Origin: an uncultured Acidimicrobiaceae bacterium
Lineage (GTDB): Bacteria > Actinomycetota > Acidimicrobiia > Acidimicrobiales > RAAP-2
DNA length: 64,000 bases
NCBI GenBank assembly: GCA_963835325.1
Contig: CAWIEV010000004.1
Span: forward strand, 79,576 to 143,575
Direction: 5' to 3'
Of the stretch, positions 34,182-45,059 are shown one piece after another. Both the position numbers and the translations under genes were made by a program. Under the pieces are notes generated by a model that made no database searches, was not told the origin of the DNA, and saw only the letters and a program-made list of their open reading frames with translations. Positions within the stretch are counted from its first letter, which is position 1; each line of letters begins with the position of its first letter.

Positions 34182-35174
34182 AGCGGTCGACCGAGCTGAC
34201 CCGGGAGCTGATGGCCCCGCCACCGGCTCCGATCGATGGTGCCGTCCGGGTCGCCATCCGGGACCGCCTCGGCGCCGGCATCGGGCCGTTGGTCGAGCGC
34301 CTCCTGCCCGGTGACGACATCGTCGTGAACCTGCCCCTCCTCCGCCGGGCCCGGGCGTGCCCCGAGCTGCTGGCCACACCGCCGGAGGCGTTCGCCTGGA
34401 AGCCGCGGTTCGTTCGCCGATCGCTGGGCCTGGCCATCATGCGGTCCTGTGTCGCCGGGCGCTTCCGCACCCCGATGCAAGCGGCCGGACCGGTGGCCTG
34501 CGAAGCGGTGGCGGAGTGGGAGCGGACTGGCTGGCGTACGTTCCACTGGGAACCCTGGTTCGCCGGCCTGGCCCCCGGCGGGCAGGCCTCGGTACTGGCC
34601 GAGGCCGTCAGCTGGGCCACCCCGCTGTGGTCGGAATTCGAGTGGAGACTGATCTCCCACCTGGCCGACCTCGGTGGTGTGGACGACCAATGGAGCTGTC
34701 CCGCGCCGCGTCAGGTGCGGCTGAAGGGCCGGTCTGAGGTTCGGGTCGTGCTCGACGCGGGGGAACAGGTCCGGAGGGTGGCGGACGGTGCGACCGGCCG
34801 GTGGCCCTGGTCTCGATGTCCGGGGGTCGCCCGGGCGCCCGGTGGACCGAAGAGCTCGCCTTTCTGGCTCTGGCCGCCGGGCTCCGTTCCCCCTCTCGAC
34901 CCGTGCCCGCACGGGTCATGGGAGTGTGGCCAGACGCCGGGGCCCACGCCACGGTGGACATCGACGCCGGTGTGTTGGCGGCCGCGGCCGACCGGGTGAT
35001 GGCCACGGTGGAGGCGGTGGTCGACGCCCGACTGCTGTCGGAGGCTGGGCAGCGAGTCGCGGGTCGAGCCAGGCTGACCGGCCCGCGGTGCGGCCCGGGC
35101 GTGTTCGTGGCCCGGGCCGGCACCGCGTCCGTCGGTGGCGGCTTCAGTTCGGGCCCCGGACGTCCGATACCTAG
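34178..35174 (+). pseudogene. Second PD-(D/E)XK-like protein, frame break near 34795-34803, 3' end uncertain
   Basis: The ATG overlaps the upstream stop (ATGA). ORF 34178..34999 carries the N-terminal two thirds. The homologous core ALVSMSGGRPGARWTEELAFLALAAGL continues in ORF 34801..35271. The possible stop is 34999, 35174 or 35271 depending on frame. Confidence 0.45.
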
Positions 35175-35417
35175 GGGACGAGCGAAAAATCTTCGCCGAA
35201 TATCCTGCTCATTTCACTGCCGGGCTCCTCCCCGGCGAGGGCAGCAGTGTCCAGAGGATCCTCCGCGGTAGCACACGAAGACCTCATTCAGGCCTTCGTC
35301 CCGAGGCGCCCATGGAGTGCGTCCAAGGACCGACCGCGGACACGGACCGCAGACACGGACTGATCCAATCGTTCCGATCGAGTCCATGCCGACCGGAGAT
35401 CGAGTCAAGGAGACCTC

Positions 35418-36301
35418 ATGGATATCTCCCTCCGGCCGGATCCTGCGAGCGGCGAGCGGCGATCCTCCCAGCGGGCACGTCGGGTCACCGACACCGCGGT
35501 CATCGGGCTGCCGGCGTGGGCCGAACGTCGTTCTACGACACGCCGGCCGCCGCGGGTGGACACTGTCAGCCTGGTCATCCCCACCAAGAACGAGGCGCTC
35601 AACCTCGCCACCGTGCTCGAGCACGTTCCCGATGCAGTCACCGAGGTCATCCTGGTCGACGGGTTGTCGTGGGATGTGACCGAGACGATGGCCGCCGCCT
35701 GCAAACCCGATGTCCGCATCCTCGAGGAGGTGTCACCGGGTAAGGGGAACGCGCTGCGGGCCGGATTCGCCGCAGCCAAGGGCGACATCATCGTGGCCAT
35801 GGACGCGGACGGGTCCATGTCCCCCGGCGAGATCACCAGCCTGTTGTACTTCCTGGGCCACGGATTCGATTTCGTGAAGGGCTCGCGCTTCCTGCTCGGT
35901 GGCGGATCCCTCGACCTCACCCCCATCCGGCGGGCGGGAAACCGCGCCCTGGTGGGTCTGGCCAATCACCTCTACCGGACGCAGCTCACCGACCTGTGCT
36001 ACGGCTTCTTCGCCTTTCGTAGCCAGTTCCTCGACCAGCTCGATCTCTGGTCCACCGGCTTCGAGATCGAGACGGAGATCACCGTCCGAGCCGTCGTGAT
36101 GGGCCTCCGCATGGCCGAAGTGCCCAGCATGGAGTTCCCCGGCGGAGTGGGGTCTCGAACCTGCATACCTTCAGGGACGGCGCCAGGGTCCTGCGGACTC
36201 TGTACCGTGAACGGGCCAATGTGCGGCGCCAGTCGGAGGCGTCGCGGGGGGCCGGTGCCGGCGAGCAGGCCGAACGCGGGGGTCGGCGTGCCGCGTCATG
36301 A
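35418..36301 (+). pseudogene. GT2 glycosyltransferase (dolichyl-phosphate mannose synthase-like) with a single frame break at the C-run 36137-36140
   Basis: AAGGAG lies before ATG 35418. The domain reads VSLVIPTKNEALNL, VILVDGLS, GKGNALRAGF, IVAMDADGS. After EVPSMEFP the expected RRSGVSNLHTFRDGARVLRTLYRE... tail is in the +1 frame and ends at TGA 36299-36301, overlapping the next ATG. Confidence 0.75.
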
Positions 36302-37635
36302 CGACGGTCGCCCCCGCCGCTGACCGTGGCGAGCTGTTCGACCTGTTGCTGTCCGGACCGGTCGGCGTGGCCGACGTCGAGCTCACCGACGGCCTCGAAT
36401 CCCTCCGCCGCACCGTGGGTCCGGCCCGTCCGGGCCGGACCCTGTTCGTCCTCGTGCGCCTGCACACCCACCCCATCGGCTGCCTGGCCCTGGCCGACGA
36501 TTCCCGTGACCCGGAGCTGGACTGGCCCACGGCGGCGCGGACCGCCCTGGGCGGATCGATCGGGCGGCACCTGCTGGCCGACGGCATCGAATCGGACTCG
36601 CTCGACCTCTGGACCGGCGGAGCCGAGCCTCACGGCCCGCCCTGCCTCGAGGAGCGACGGAGAACGGTGGCCGCGGCGAGGCCGGTGACCGTCATCATCG
36701 CGACACGTGATCGGCCGACACGACTCGATGCCTGTCTCGACACCCTCTTGGCCCTCGAGTATCCCGCCTTCGACATCGTGGTCGTCGACAACGACCCGAC
36801 CACCTCGGACACCGCTGAGCTGGTGGCGGCCCGGGCTGCGGAAGCGGGCGCGATCACCTATCTCCGCGAAGGGCGCCGAGGGCTCGGTGCCGCTCACAAC
36901 CGCGGCCTTGCCGCGGCCACCGGATCCATCGTGGCCTTCACCGATGACGATGTCGCCGTGGACCGCCACTGGCTGAGCGAGCTCGCCGCCCCGTTCGTGG
37001 CCGATCCGCGGGTTGCCGGGGCGACCGGACTGATCCTGCCGGCCGAGCTCGAGGTCCGCACGCAGGTGATGCTCGAGGCCCACGGCCGCTTCGCCAAGGG
37101 ATTCGAGCCCCGGATCTACGACCTCGGTCCCCATCGGCCCGACGACGTCCTGTTCCCCTTTGCCGCCGGCAAGCTCGGTTCGGGGGCCAACATGGCCTTC
37201 GAGACGGCATGGCTGCGATCCAGGGGTGGCTTCGACCCGGCAACCGGTGCGGGAACGCCGGCACACGGTGGGGACGATCTGCTGGCGCTGTACCAGGTGA
37301 TCATGTCGGGACGGGAGCTCGCCTACCGGCCGGGCGCACTGGTTCGGCACCACCATCACCGTGACCCCTCCGCCGTGCGCCGACAGGTCTACGGCTACGG
37401 CGTCGGTCTGGGGGCGTACCTGACCAGCGCGGCGGTGCACGACCCCGGGGCCCTGTGGTCGATGGGCCGCCGGCTCCCGGCGGGCCTCGCCTACTTCAGG
37501 GGACGTGGCCATGCACCGATCCGGCCGGTCTCGTGGCCCCACTCGCTGACCCGCCTCGAACACCGGGGCCTGTTGTACGGCCCGCTGGCCTACGCCGTCA
37601 GCCGGGCCCGCGGGCGACGGTCCGGAGCACCGTGA
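36298..37635 (+). CDS. GT2 glycosyltransferase with N-terminal extra domain
   Basis: 445 aa, intact. VTVIIATRDRPTRLDACLDTLLALEYPAFDIVVVDNDP, IVAFTDDDVAVDRHWL. Confidence 0.8.
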   Translation: MTTVAPAADRGELFDLLLSGPVGVADVELTDGLESLRRTVGPARPGRTLFVLVRLHTHPIGCLALADDSRDPELDWPTAARTALGGSIGRHLLADGIESDSLDLWTGGAEPHGPPCLEERRRTVAAARPVTVIIATRDRPTRLDACLDTLLALEYPAFDIVVVDNDPTTSDTAELVAARAAEAGAITYLREGRRGLGAAHNRGLAAATGSIVAFTDDDVAVDRHWLSELAAPFVADPRVAGATGLILPAELEVRTQVMLEAHGRFAKGFEPRIYDLGPHRPDDVLFPFAAGKLGSGANMAFETAWLRSRGGFDPATGAGTPAHGGDDLLALYQVIMSGRELAYRPGALVRHHHHRDPSAVRRQVYGYGVGLGAYLTSAAVHDPGALWSMGRRLPAGLAYFRGRGHAPIRPVSWPHSLTRLEHRGLLYGPLAYAVSRARGRRSGAP

Positions 37636-40449
37636 CCACCCAGATCGACGCCGTCGCTGCGCCCGACGCCGACCCTGCGCTCGACGCCGTCGCTGCGCCC
37701 GACGCCGTCGCTGCGCCCGGCGCCGACCCTGCTGTGTCCGTCTCGGTCGTCATCTGCACCTACACCGAGGCACGCTGGGACGACCTTGTGGCCGGGGTCC
37801 ACTCCGTGCAGGACCAGGACTCGGAATCGCCCGAGATCATCGTGGTGGTCGACCACAACGACACGCTCGTGGATCGCGTCCGCCGCGAGTTGCCCGGGGT
37901 CACGGTGACCGTCAACCCGGGCCATCAGGGACTGTCCGACGCACGCAACGCCGGCGTGGCCGTGGCGACCGGCGACGTGGTGGCATTCCTCGACGACGAT
38001 GCCGAAGCCGAGCACTCCTGGCTGGCCCATCTCGTCGAGCGGTACGGGGACGAGGACGTGCTGGGGGTGGGCGGGTCGGTGACCCCGAGGTGGAGCGAGG
38101 AGCGTCCCCGCTGGTTCCCTCCCGAGTTCAACTGGGTCGTGGGCTGCTCATACCACGGGATGCCCGAGACGACGGCTCCCGTGCGCAACTTCATCGGCAC
38201 CAACATGTCCTTCCGGCGCGCCGCGCTGGTCACGACGGGTGGCTTCGACACCGGGCTGGGCCGGGTGGGGGCGGACGCCAGCGGTTGCGAGGAGACTGAG
38301 CTCTGCATCCGGATGACCGGGGAGCAGGGTGGCCGGCTGATCTACGAACCGTCGGCGGGGGTCGTCCACCAGGTGCCGGCAACCCGGGCCACCTGGAGGT
38401 ACTTCGGCCGCCGGTGCTACAAGGAGGGCCGATCGAAGGCCCTCGTGGCCCGGCTGGCCGGTGCCGACCGGGCCCTGGCCACCGAGCGTTCCTACCTCCG
38501 CGGTGTCATCCCGCGCCGACTGGTGCGCTGCCTCGTCCCGCACCGCGAGGCGAGTGGGGGACCCATGATGGCGGTGGCGGTGGCCGTCGGGGTCGTCGAT
38601 GCCGGGATCGGGTACCTGGCCGCCGCACTGTCGCCGCGGTCCCGCAGCGCCCGGGCACGCCCGGGCTCGTGGCGGGGATGGATCGGACTGGCCGTGATCG
38701 GCGCCCTGTGGGGATCGACCTTCACACGGTCGGTCCGGATCGCCCACATGACCGATCTCGGCCTGGTGTCGGTCCTGCCCGTCGTCTACTGGGTGGCGGT
38801 GGGGCTGCTGACCGTCAGCTTCTGGTGGTGGGTGCGATGGCGGCGAGCCGGACCCGTGCTGCTCGCCGCGCACGTCGTGCTCCTCATTCTGATCATGCAT
38901 GCAACGCCGGCCATCCTCTATGGCACAACCCGCTACTCCTGGTCGTACAAGCACGTGGGAATCGTCGACTACATCGTGACCCATCACGGGGTCGACCGGT
39001 TTATGCCCAACCTCACCGCCTACCAGGACTGGCCCGGGTTCTTCGGACTCAATGCGCTGTTCGTGTCCGGTTCGGGCATCGCCTCGGCCCTTTCGTACAC
39101 GGTGTGGGCACCACCGGTGACCGAGCTGTTGTCGCTGGCCCCGTTGGTGCTGATCATGCGCAGCTTCACCGCCAACCGGACCGTGGTGTGGACGGCGGTG
39201 TGGCTCTTCTACCTCGGGAACTGGATCGGCCAGGACTACTTCTCACCGCAGGCGTTCGCCTACGTGCTCTACCTCACGGCCGTCGCCCTCGTGCTGCGGT
39301 GGTTCCTGCAGCTGCCGCCGGCGGCTCGGACCCGGTCGGCCTACGCCGCCCTCGGTGGCCGGGCACCGCCCCTCCTCGTCACCAGTGGGGGGACGGCCGT
39401 CTCCCCGGAGGGCGCGACGGCGGGCGCCGGCCATGTACGCGGTGACACTGGTCCTCGCCGCCGCCATCGCCGTCAGCCACCAGCTGACCCCGTTCATGCT
39501 GATCGCAGCGCTCGGTGGCCTGCTTGCGACCCGCCGGCTCCGTTCGCGGTCGCTGTTCGTCGCGGTGACCGTCATCAGCGTGGGATGGATCCTCATCTGG
39601 GGACTGCCCTTCCTCCATCAGAAACTGCCGGCCGTGCTCCAGACCCTCGGCCATCCCTTCGACAACACGACAGCCACCTTCATCAATCTCAGCGTGGCCA
39701 GTCACGACCAGGTGGTGGTGGCCACCGTCGACCGGGCCCTGACCGCGGCGCTCTGCGGGCTGGCCCTGATCGGTGCCTGGGCTGCGTGGCGATCGGCGCG
39801 CTGGCACCGGTGGCAGCCGGCTGCGTGCCTGGCCGTCACCCCGGCCCTGGCCCTGGTCGTCAGCAGCTACGGCACCGAGGTCGTCTTCCGGGTCTTCCTG
39901 TTCGGGTTGCCGTTCCTGGCCCTCTTCGCGGCCACTGTCCTGGCTCCCCGTCCGACGGGCACCCGCGGGCGCCGCAGCCTCCGATGGGCGGCGGGCCTCC
40001 TGGTGGTTCTGGCCCTCACCGCCTGCTTCTTCGTGTCCTACGACGGGAAGGAGCGCATGAACTACATGCCGCCGAGCGAGGTCGCGGCCATGCAGCGCCT
40101 CTACTCCCTCGCTCCTGCGGGGTCACTGATGATCGGGGCGACGGGCAACACCCCGTGGGCCTTCACCCACTATGCCGACTACCAGTACCTGTGGTACCTC
40201 GGCGACACCCCCGCCGTGGCCGAGGCGGTCGCCGCCGACCCGGTACCGGAGCTCTTCCACCTGATGCAGCCCTATCCCCATGCCTACCTGATCTTCAGCC
40301 CCACCGATGCGGCACAGATCGAGATGACCGGGATGCTGCCGCCGGGCCGGTACCGGGCCATCGAGCGCGACGCCCTCTCCTCCCCGGAGTTCGAACCGGT
40401 GCTGTCGCAGGGCGGCGTACTGGTCCTGACCCTACGGGCGACCCCGTGA
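37632..40449 (+). pseudogene. GT2 glycosyltransferase running without a stop into a large polytopic membrane protein (polymerase/GT-C-like); frame break near 39350-39430
   Basis: GTG 37632 overlaps the upstream stop (GTGA). GT2 part: VSVVICTYTEARWDDL, IIVVVDHND, VVAFLDDDAEAEHSWL. From about 38650 there are hydrophobic helices (MTDLGLVSVLPVVYWVAVGLL ... YQDWPGFFGLNALFV ...). These continue in the ORF 39355..40449 frame (MYAVTLVLAAAIAVSHQLTPFMLIAALGG ... stop 40449). Confidence 0.6.
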
Positions 40450-40844
40450 GAGCGGTCACCGTCGTCCGCCGGGACCTGCCCGCGGTCATCGCCTGGGCCG
40501 CCGTGGCCGTGGTCGCCCTGCACCTTCCCGTGCCGGTGCGCGCCGTGTTGGTCGTGGCCGCAGCCGCATGGGCCCCGGGCGCGGCCCTGGCCTGGCTGCT
40601 CGAGAGCGCGGACCGGTTGGAGCGGTCGGTACTGGTCGTGGCCCTCAGCCTCAGCATGGCCACGTTGGTGACCGTGGCGCTGTCCCTCTTCCACGTGATG
40701 ACGGGGCTGCACACGTTGGCGGTGATCGCCGTCGTCACCACGGTGGCCGTGACACTCCGGGAGCTCGACCGGCCGATGACGGGACCGATGCCGGCGGCCG
40801 AAACGACGGTGGGACCGGGTCCACCGCCCGTCCCGGGGGAGTGA
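40446..40844 (+). CDS. Small membrane protein (3-4 helices)
   Basis: GTG 40446 overlaps the upstream stop (GTGA). VIAWAAVAVVALHL, VLVVAAAAWAPGAALAWLL, VLVVALSLSMATLVTVALSLF, LAVIAVVTTVAV. Confidence 0.45.
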   Translation: MRAVTVVRRDLPAVIAWAAVAVVALHLPVPVRAVLVVAAAAWAPGAALAWLLESADRLERSVLVVALSLSMATLVTVALSLFHVMTGLHTLAVIAVVTTVAVTLRELDRPMTGPMPAAETTVGPGPPPVPGE

Positions 40845-41656
40845 CGGTGGCCGCAGGGGGGTCGCCCACGCCGATCCCGATCCTCCTGTACCACGCGGTG
40901 ACCGACCGGCCCGTCCCGGACCTGGCCACCTGGTCGGTCACCCCGGCCCGCTTCCGTGAGCACCTCGACGTGCTGGACGGCGAAGGGTGCACCCCGCTCA
41001 CCGTCTCGGAGCTGGTCGCAGGCCTCTCCGGCCACCAGCAGCTTCCCGAGCACCCCGTGGTGATCTCCTTCGACGACGGCTACGCCGATTTCGTGGACGC
41101 GGCCCACGAGATGGCCGGTCGGAGCGTGGTCTCGACCCTCTACGTGACCACCGGACCCCTGGTCGGTGCGCCCACCGTGGGCATGCCCGTCGCCCCCATG
41201 CTCACCGCCGGGCAGCTGGCCCCGCTCGAGGCGCTGGGGGTTGAGATCGGCGCCCACTCCCACCACCACTATCACGTCGACGTCGCCCCGAGGTCGGTGG
41301 CCCTCGACGAGATCCGGCGCCCCAAGGCGATCCTGGAGGACGCCCTCGGCCATCCCGTCGACAGCTTCGCCTACCCGCACGGCTCGTACCGTGAGAAGGT
41401 GCGCCAGCAGGTGGGCGCGGCCGGGTACACCTCCGCCTGCGCCGTGCGCAACGCCTTCAGCTCGGTTGCCGACGATCCACTCTCGCTGGCCCGCCTCACC
41501 GTGCGGGACTTCACCACCACCGACACGGTCCGGCAGTGGCTCAGGGGGACGGGTGCCCCGGTGGCCGGGGACCGGGAGCGGTGGAGGACGAAGGTGTGGC
41601 GGGTGCGACGGTGGGTGGGCGCCGGTGCCTCCCGGCAGCAGGCCCGGCGGTCATGA
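40841..41656 (+). CDS. Polysaccharide deacetylase (CE4/NodB family)
   Basis: GTG 40841 overlaps the upstream stop. ILLYHAV, VISFDDGYADF, IGAHSHHH, FAYPHGSY. Confidence 0.8.
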   Translation: MTVAAGGSPTPIPILLYHAVTDRPVPDLATWSVTPARFREHLDVLDGEGCTPLTVSELVAGLSGHQQLPEHPVVISFDDGYADFVDAAHEMAGRSVVSTLYVTTGPLVGAPTVGMPVAPMLTAGQLAPLEALGVEIGAHSHHHYHVDVAPRSVALDEIRRPKAILEDALGHPVDSFAYPHGSYREKVRQQVGAAGYTSACAVRNAFSSVADDPLSLARLTVRDFTTTDTVRQWLRGTGAPVAGDRERWRTKVWRVRRWVGAGASRQQARRS

Positions 41657-42495
41657 CCCGGCGGCCGGGCAGCCTCCTCGTGGCTTCGGCGGTCGTCGTC
41701 CTCTCTCTGCTCGGAGCGTGGGCCGCCTTCGACGCGGGCTCGGGAACGCCCGCCGGTGTGACCGCCGTCCACCCGCGGCGCCCACCCGCACCCGGCTCAC
41801 CCGACGGTCCCGGGGGAGTGTGGCAGCACGTGTTCTCCGACCACTTCAACGGCTCGGTGCTGGATTCCGACCACTGGTCGACCTGCTACTACTGGGACTG
41901 CACCAACCGGGGCCAGGACGAGTTGGAGTGGTACGAGCCCTCGCAGGCCACCGTGGACGACGGCACCCTCAGCCTCACCGCCACGCCCGACCGGACCCAC
42001 GGAAAGCAGTACGTGTCGGGGATGATCTCGTCGTACGGCAAGTTCAGCTTCACCTATGGTTATGCGCAGATCGTGGCCGAGTTGCCCCGCGGCCGGGGCC
42101 TGTGGCCGGCGTTCTGGACCCTCCCCGAGGCCGGGGGATGGCCCCCGGAGGTCGACATCATGGAGAATTGGGCCCAGACCGACACCATCGACTTCTTCGC
42201 CCACTACGGCCGGACGGGAGAGGCGAGGGCGTCCGTGTCGGTACCCACGGCCTCCAGCGCCTTCCACGCCTACGGAGTGGACTGGGAGCCGGGGTCGATC
42301 TCGTGGTACGTGGACGGCACCCTGCGGGCGCGGTTCGCCGTTTCCGTCACGTCGCCGGAGTACCTGCTGGCCAGCCTGGCCGTGGCCGGGGACCCGGCGC
42401 CCGACTCCTCGACCCGGTTCCCCCAGAGCCTGAAGGTCCGATCGATCGATGTCTGGCAGCACCCGCCGCCGACCACCTCGGCGGCGGCCTCTTGA
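41653..42495 (+). CDS. Secreted glycoside hydrolase family 16 (beta-glucanase-like)
   Basis: ATG 41653 overlaps the upstream stop (ATGA). Signal/anchor LLVASAVVVLSLLGAWA, GMISSYGKFSFTYGYAQIVAELP, WPAFWTL, and catalytic EVDIME. Confidence 0.8.
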   Translation: MTRRPGSLLVASAVVVLSLLGAWAAFDAGSGTPAGVTAVHPRRPPAPGSPDGPGGVWQHVFSDHFNGSVLDSDHWSTCYYWDCTNRGQDELEWYEPSQATVDDGTLSLTATPDRTHGKQYVSGMISSYGKFSFTYGYAQIVAELPRGRGLWPAFWTLPEAGGWPPEVDIMENWAQTDTIDFFAHYGRTGEARASVSVPTASSAFHAYGVDWEPGSISWYVDGTLRARFAVSVTSPEYLLASLAVAGDPAPDSSTRFPQSLKVRSIDVWQHPPPTTSAAAS

Positions 42496-42692
42496 GACAC
42501 CGCCCACCCCGGGAACCGGGGGATCGGGTGGCTCCGCAGAAGAGTTTTCCTACAGGATGGCGCCGGTGGGCCGACACTGTTGAGGTGGAGGTCCTCCGAA
42601 CGCGCCCGAACACCGGCGACCCGGGCCGCCTGCGGCAAGCCCGACGGTCGATAGCGTGGCTCCGGTGTCGGCGGCGCCGGGTTACCGCCCGG

Positions 42693-43530
42693 ATGGGTGC
42701 CGCCGTGGCCGCAGCGGCCGCCGTGGCGACGGTGGGCGGTGTCGTCGCCGTGGTGCCCGCCGCCGGCTCGGCCGCCACTCCGGTCGCCACGGCCTTGTCG
42801 GCGGCGCACACCTTCGCCAGCCCGGCGGCGACGTCGGGTGCACCGAGGCCCGTCGGCACCGATGCCGGTCCGTGGAGGCTGGTCTTCGACTCCGAGTTCG
42901 ACGGGACCTCGCTCGACACGGCGCAGTGGTCCACCGGGTGGTTCGGCTCCGGCCTGACCACCGGCGCCAGTAGCTCCGAGCAGGAGTGCTACGACCCGGC
43001 TCGGGTGAGCGTTGCCCACGGTGGTCTGGAGCTCACGGCCGTGGCCCGGGCCGAGAGGTGCGGCGGGGCCACCCGGCCCTACGCGTCGGGCATGGTCACC
43101 ACCGACGGCAAGTTCAGCTTCACCTACGGCTACATGGAGGCGCGGATCTGGCTGCCCGCCGGCTCCCACGGCATCGCCGACTGGCCGGCCTTCTGGGCTG
43201 ACGGGCAGAACTGGCCCACCACCGGCGAGGTCGACGCCGTCGAAGGTCTGGGCGGCAGGGCGTGCGCCCATTTCCACAACCCCGCCGGCGGGCCCGGCAC
43301 CTGTGCCACGGGTACGCTACGCAGGCGGGTGGCACACCTTCGCCGCCGACTGGGCGCCCGGATCGGTCACGTACTACTACGACGGCATCCGGCTGTGGAG
43401 GGACGTCTCGGGGATCACCTCGGCGCCCATGTACCTCATCCTCGACCTGGCCGTCTCCTCGACCGTCACCCCGCCGGCCACCGTGCCGGCCACCATGCGG
43501 GTCGACTACGTGAGGGTCTGGAAGCACTGA
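42693..43530 (+). pseudogene. Second GH16 glycoside hydrolase, frame break near 43305-43320
   Basis: MGAAVAAAAAVATVGG signal, FDGTSLDTAQWSTGW, GMVTTDGKFSFTYGYMEARIWLP, WPAFWA and GEVDAVEG lie in the frame of ORF 41166..43895. The tail YAGGWHTFAADWAPGSVTYYYDG...MRVDYVRVWKH lies in ORF 43012..43530. Confidence 0.7.
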
Positions 43531-43573
43531 GCGCCGACCGCGCCGACCGCGGCGGCGCGGGCGCCACCACGCC

Positions 43574-45054
43574 CTACGGCACCATCGAAGCGGCCGGGGT
43601 CGGCAGGTCGCCCGGGAGCTCGGGGCTGCACATCCAGACCCGCCTCGCCGCCATCAGGATGATCGCCATCGTCGACTGGCCGATGAGGACGGCCAGTGCC
43701 ATTCCCGTGATCCCGTCGACGGCCAGGAGCACCAACCCGAGGGGAACGATGAGTACGAACAGCCCGCCGAAGACGGCCGTCACCTGCCGGGTCCGGCGCC
43801 GGCCGCGTGCCGCGCTCACCGCCGTCCCGCTCACCACGAACGGCAGCGCTGAGAGGCCGAGGAGCCGGAGCGCCCCGGTCCCGGCCGCGGCGTAGGAGCT
43901 CCCGAAGACCCTCAGGATCCACGGAGCCGCCAGGACCAGCAGCGCCACTGCCGGCACCAGAATCTTCCCCACGTGGACCATCACCTGGCGGCACCGGTCT
44001 TCGAGCCGCGGACGCGTCGATGGAGAGCTCTACCACCAGCGAGTCCCCGACGGCCAGGGTGACCAGGTAGAGGAGGCTCGCCATCAACCAGGCCAGCGAG
44101 AAGTAGGCGCTGGCGGAGGCGCCGGACTGGGTGAGGACGATCAGCGGCAGGGTGAGGATCAGTCCCTGCCACCACAGGTTGCCGAGGAAGTCGTAGGGGA
44201 CGTAGCCCCGCAACTGCCGGACGGTGACACCACCCGAGGTGCCGGCGGCCCGCTGGTGCTGGGGAATGGCCCGGGCGAACAGGTAGAGGTTGGTGGGGAC
44301 CACCGTGGCCAGGGCGGCCACGGTCCACGACAGGTAGATGCCGGCCACCGGGAACAGCACGACGAAGGGGATCACCATCCCGACCTTGGCCAACGAGAAC
44401 CCGGCGTTCTCGACCGGCACCCAGCGGGCCTTCCGCAACCCCGTCAGCACCCCGTCCTCGAGGATCATGATCGTCCAGATCGCCGCAGAGGCGATGAACC
44501 ACGCCGTCATGCCCGGTGAGGACCGGAGGAACACCAGGTCGGGGGCGATGTGGGGCAGCACGACCAGAAAGACCGCCGCCAGCACGAGGGCCAACGCCGC
44601 GCTCGACCAGGTAGATGGCCACCACCAGCCGGCGGGTCCGGGCTCCGGCCGGCTGGACGAACCGGATCAATGTGCTCTGGAGGTTGAGCTGGGCCACGGC
44701 ACCGAGGGATGTGAGCACGTTGATGGCCACCACGTTTCTCCCCACGACCGACGGGGATGCCCGCCGGGCGGCCAGCACCCAGAACAGCATGCCGACCACG
44801 CTGGTCACCACCGAGCTCAGCACGAGGGCATGGCCGTTGCGGAAGAGCGGGATCCCGAACTCGCTGCGGAAGGACGAGTGGACCGGCGGATGCCTTCGCC
44901 GCCGGACCACCGGTCGGGCCGGGTCCGCCTGGCCGGGCCCGGCCGGGGCGGGGCCCTCGACGGAACCGGATCCGGCCGCCGAGATCTTCCCGACCCAGCG
45001 CACCAGCATGGCCACAAAGGGCAGCGGGTCGTCGGCGGTGAACCAGGCCAGCAC
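43574..45054 (-). pseudogene. Polysaccharide flippase (Wzx/MOP-type, polysaccharide biosynthesis protein) split over three frames
   Basis: The N-terminal part FRNGHALVLSSVVTSVVGMLFWVLAARR is in ORF 43981..45054. The middle part is in ORF 43506..44594 and the C-terminal part in ORF 43574..43984. All are hydrophobic and colinear. The breaks lie near 44590 and 43985-44020. Confidence 0.6.
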
Positions 45055-45059
45055 GTGTG

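Noticed and set aside
37455-40844. 1129-aa ORF as one giant protein
   Set aside because: It is a composite. The first 60 codons overlap the preceding GT2. The middle third (about 39430-40445) is featureless Arg/Pro/Gly text, while the real membrane-protein text continues in ORF 39355..40449. The last 132 codons are a separate GTGA-coupled small membrane protein.
41166-43895. 909-aa plus-strand ORF
   Set aside because: Only 42693 to about 43310 carries protein-like text (GH16b N-terminal part). The rest overlaps the deacetylase and GH16a in wrong frames, and overlaps the flippase in antisense.
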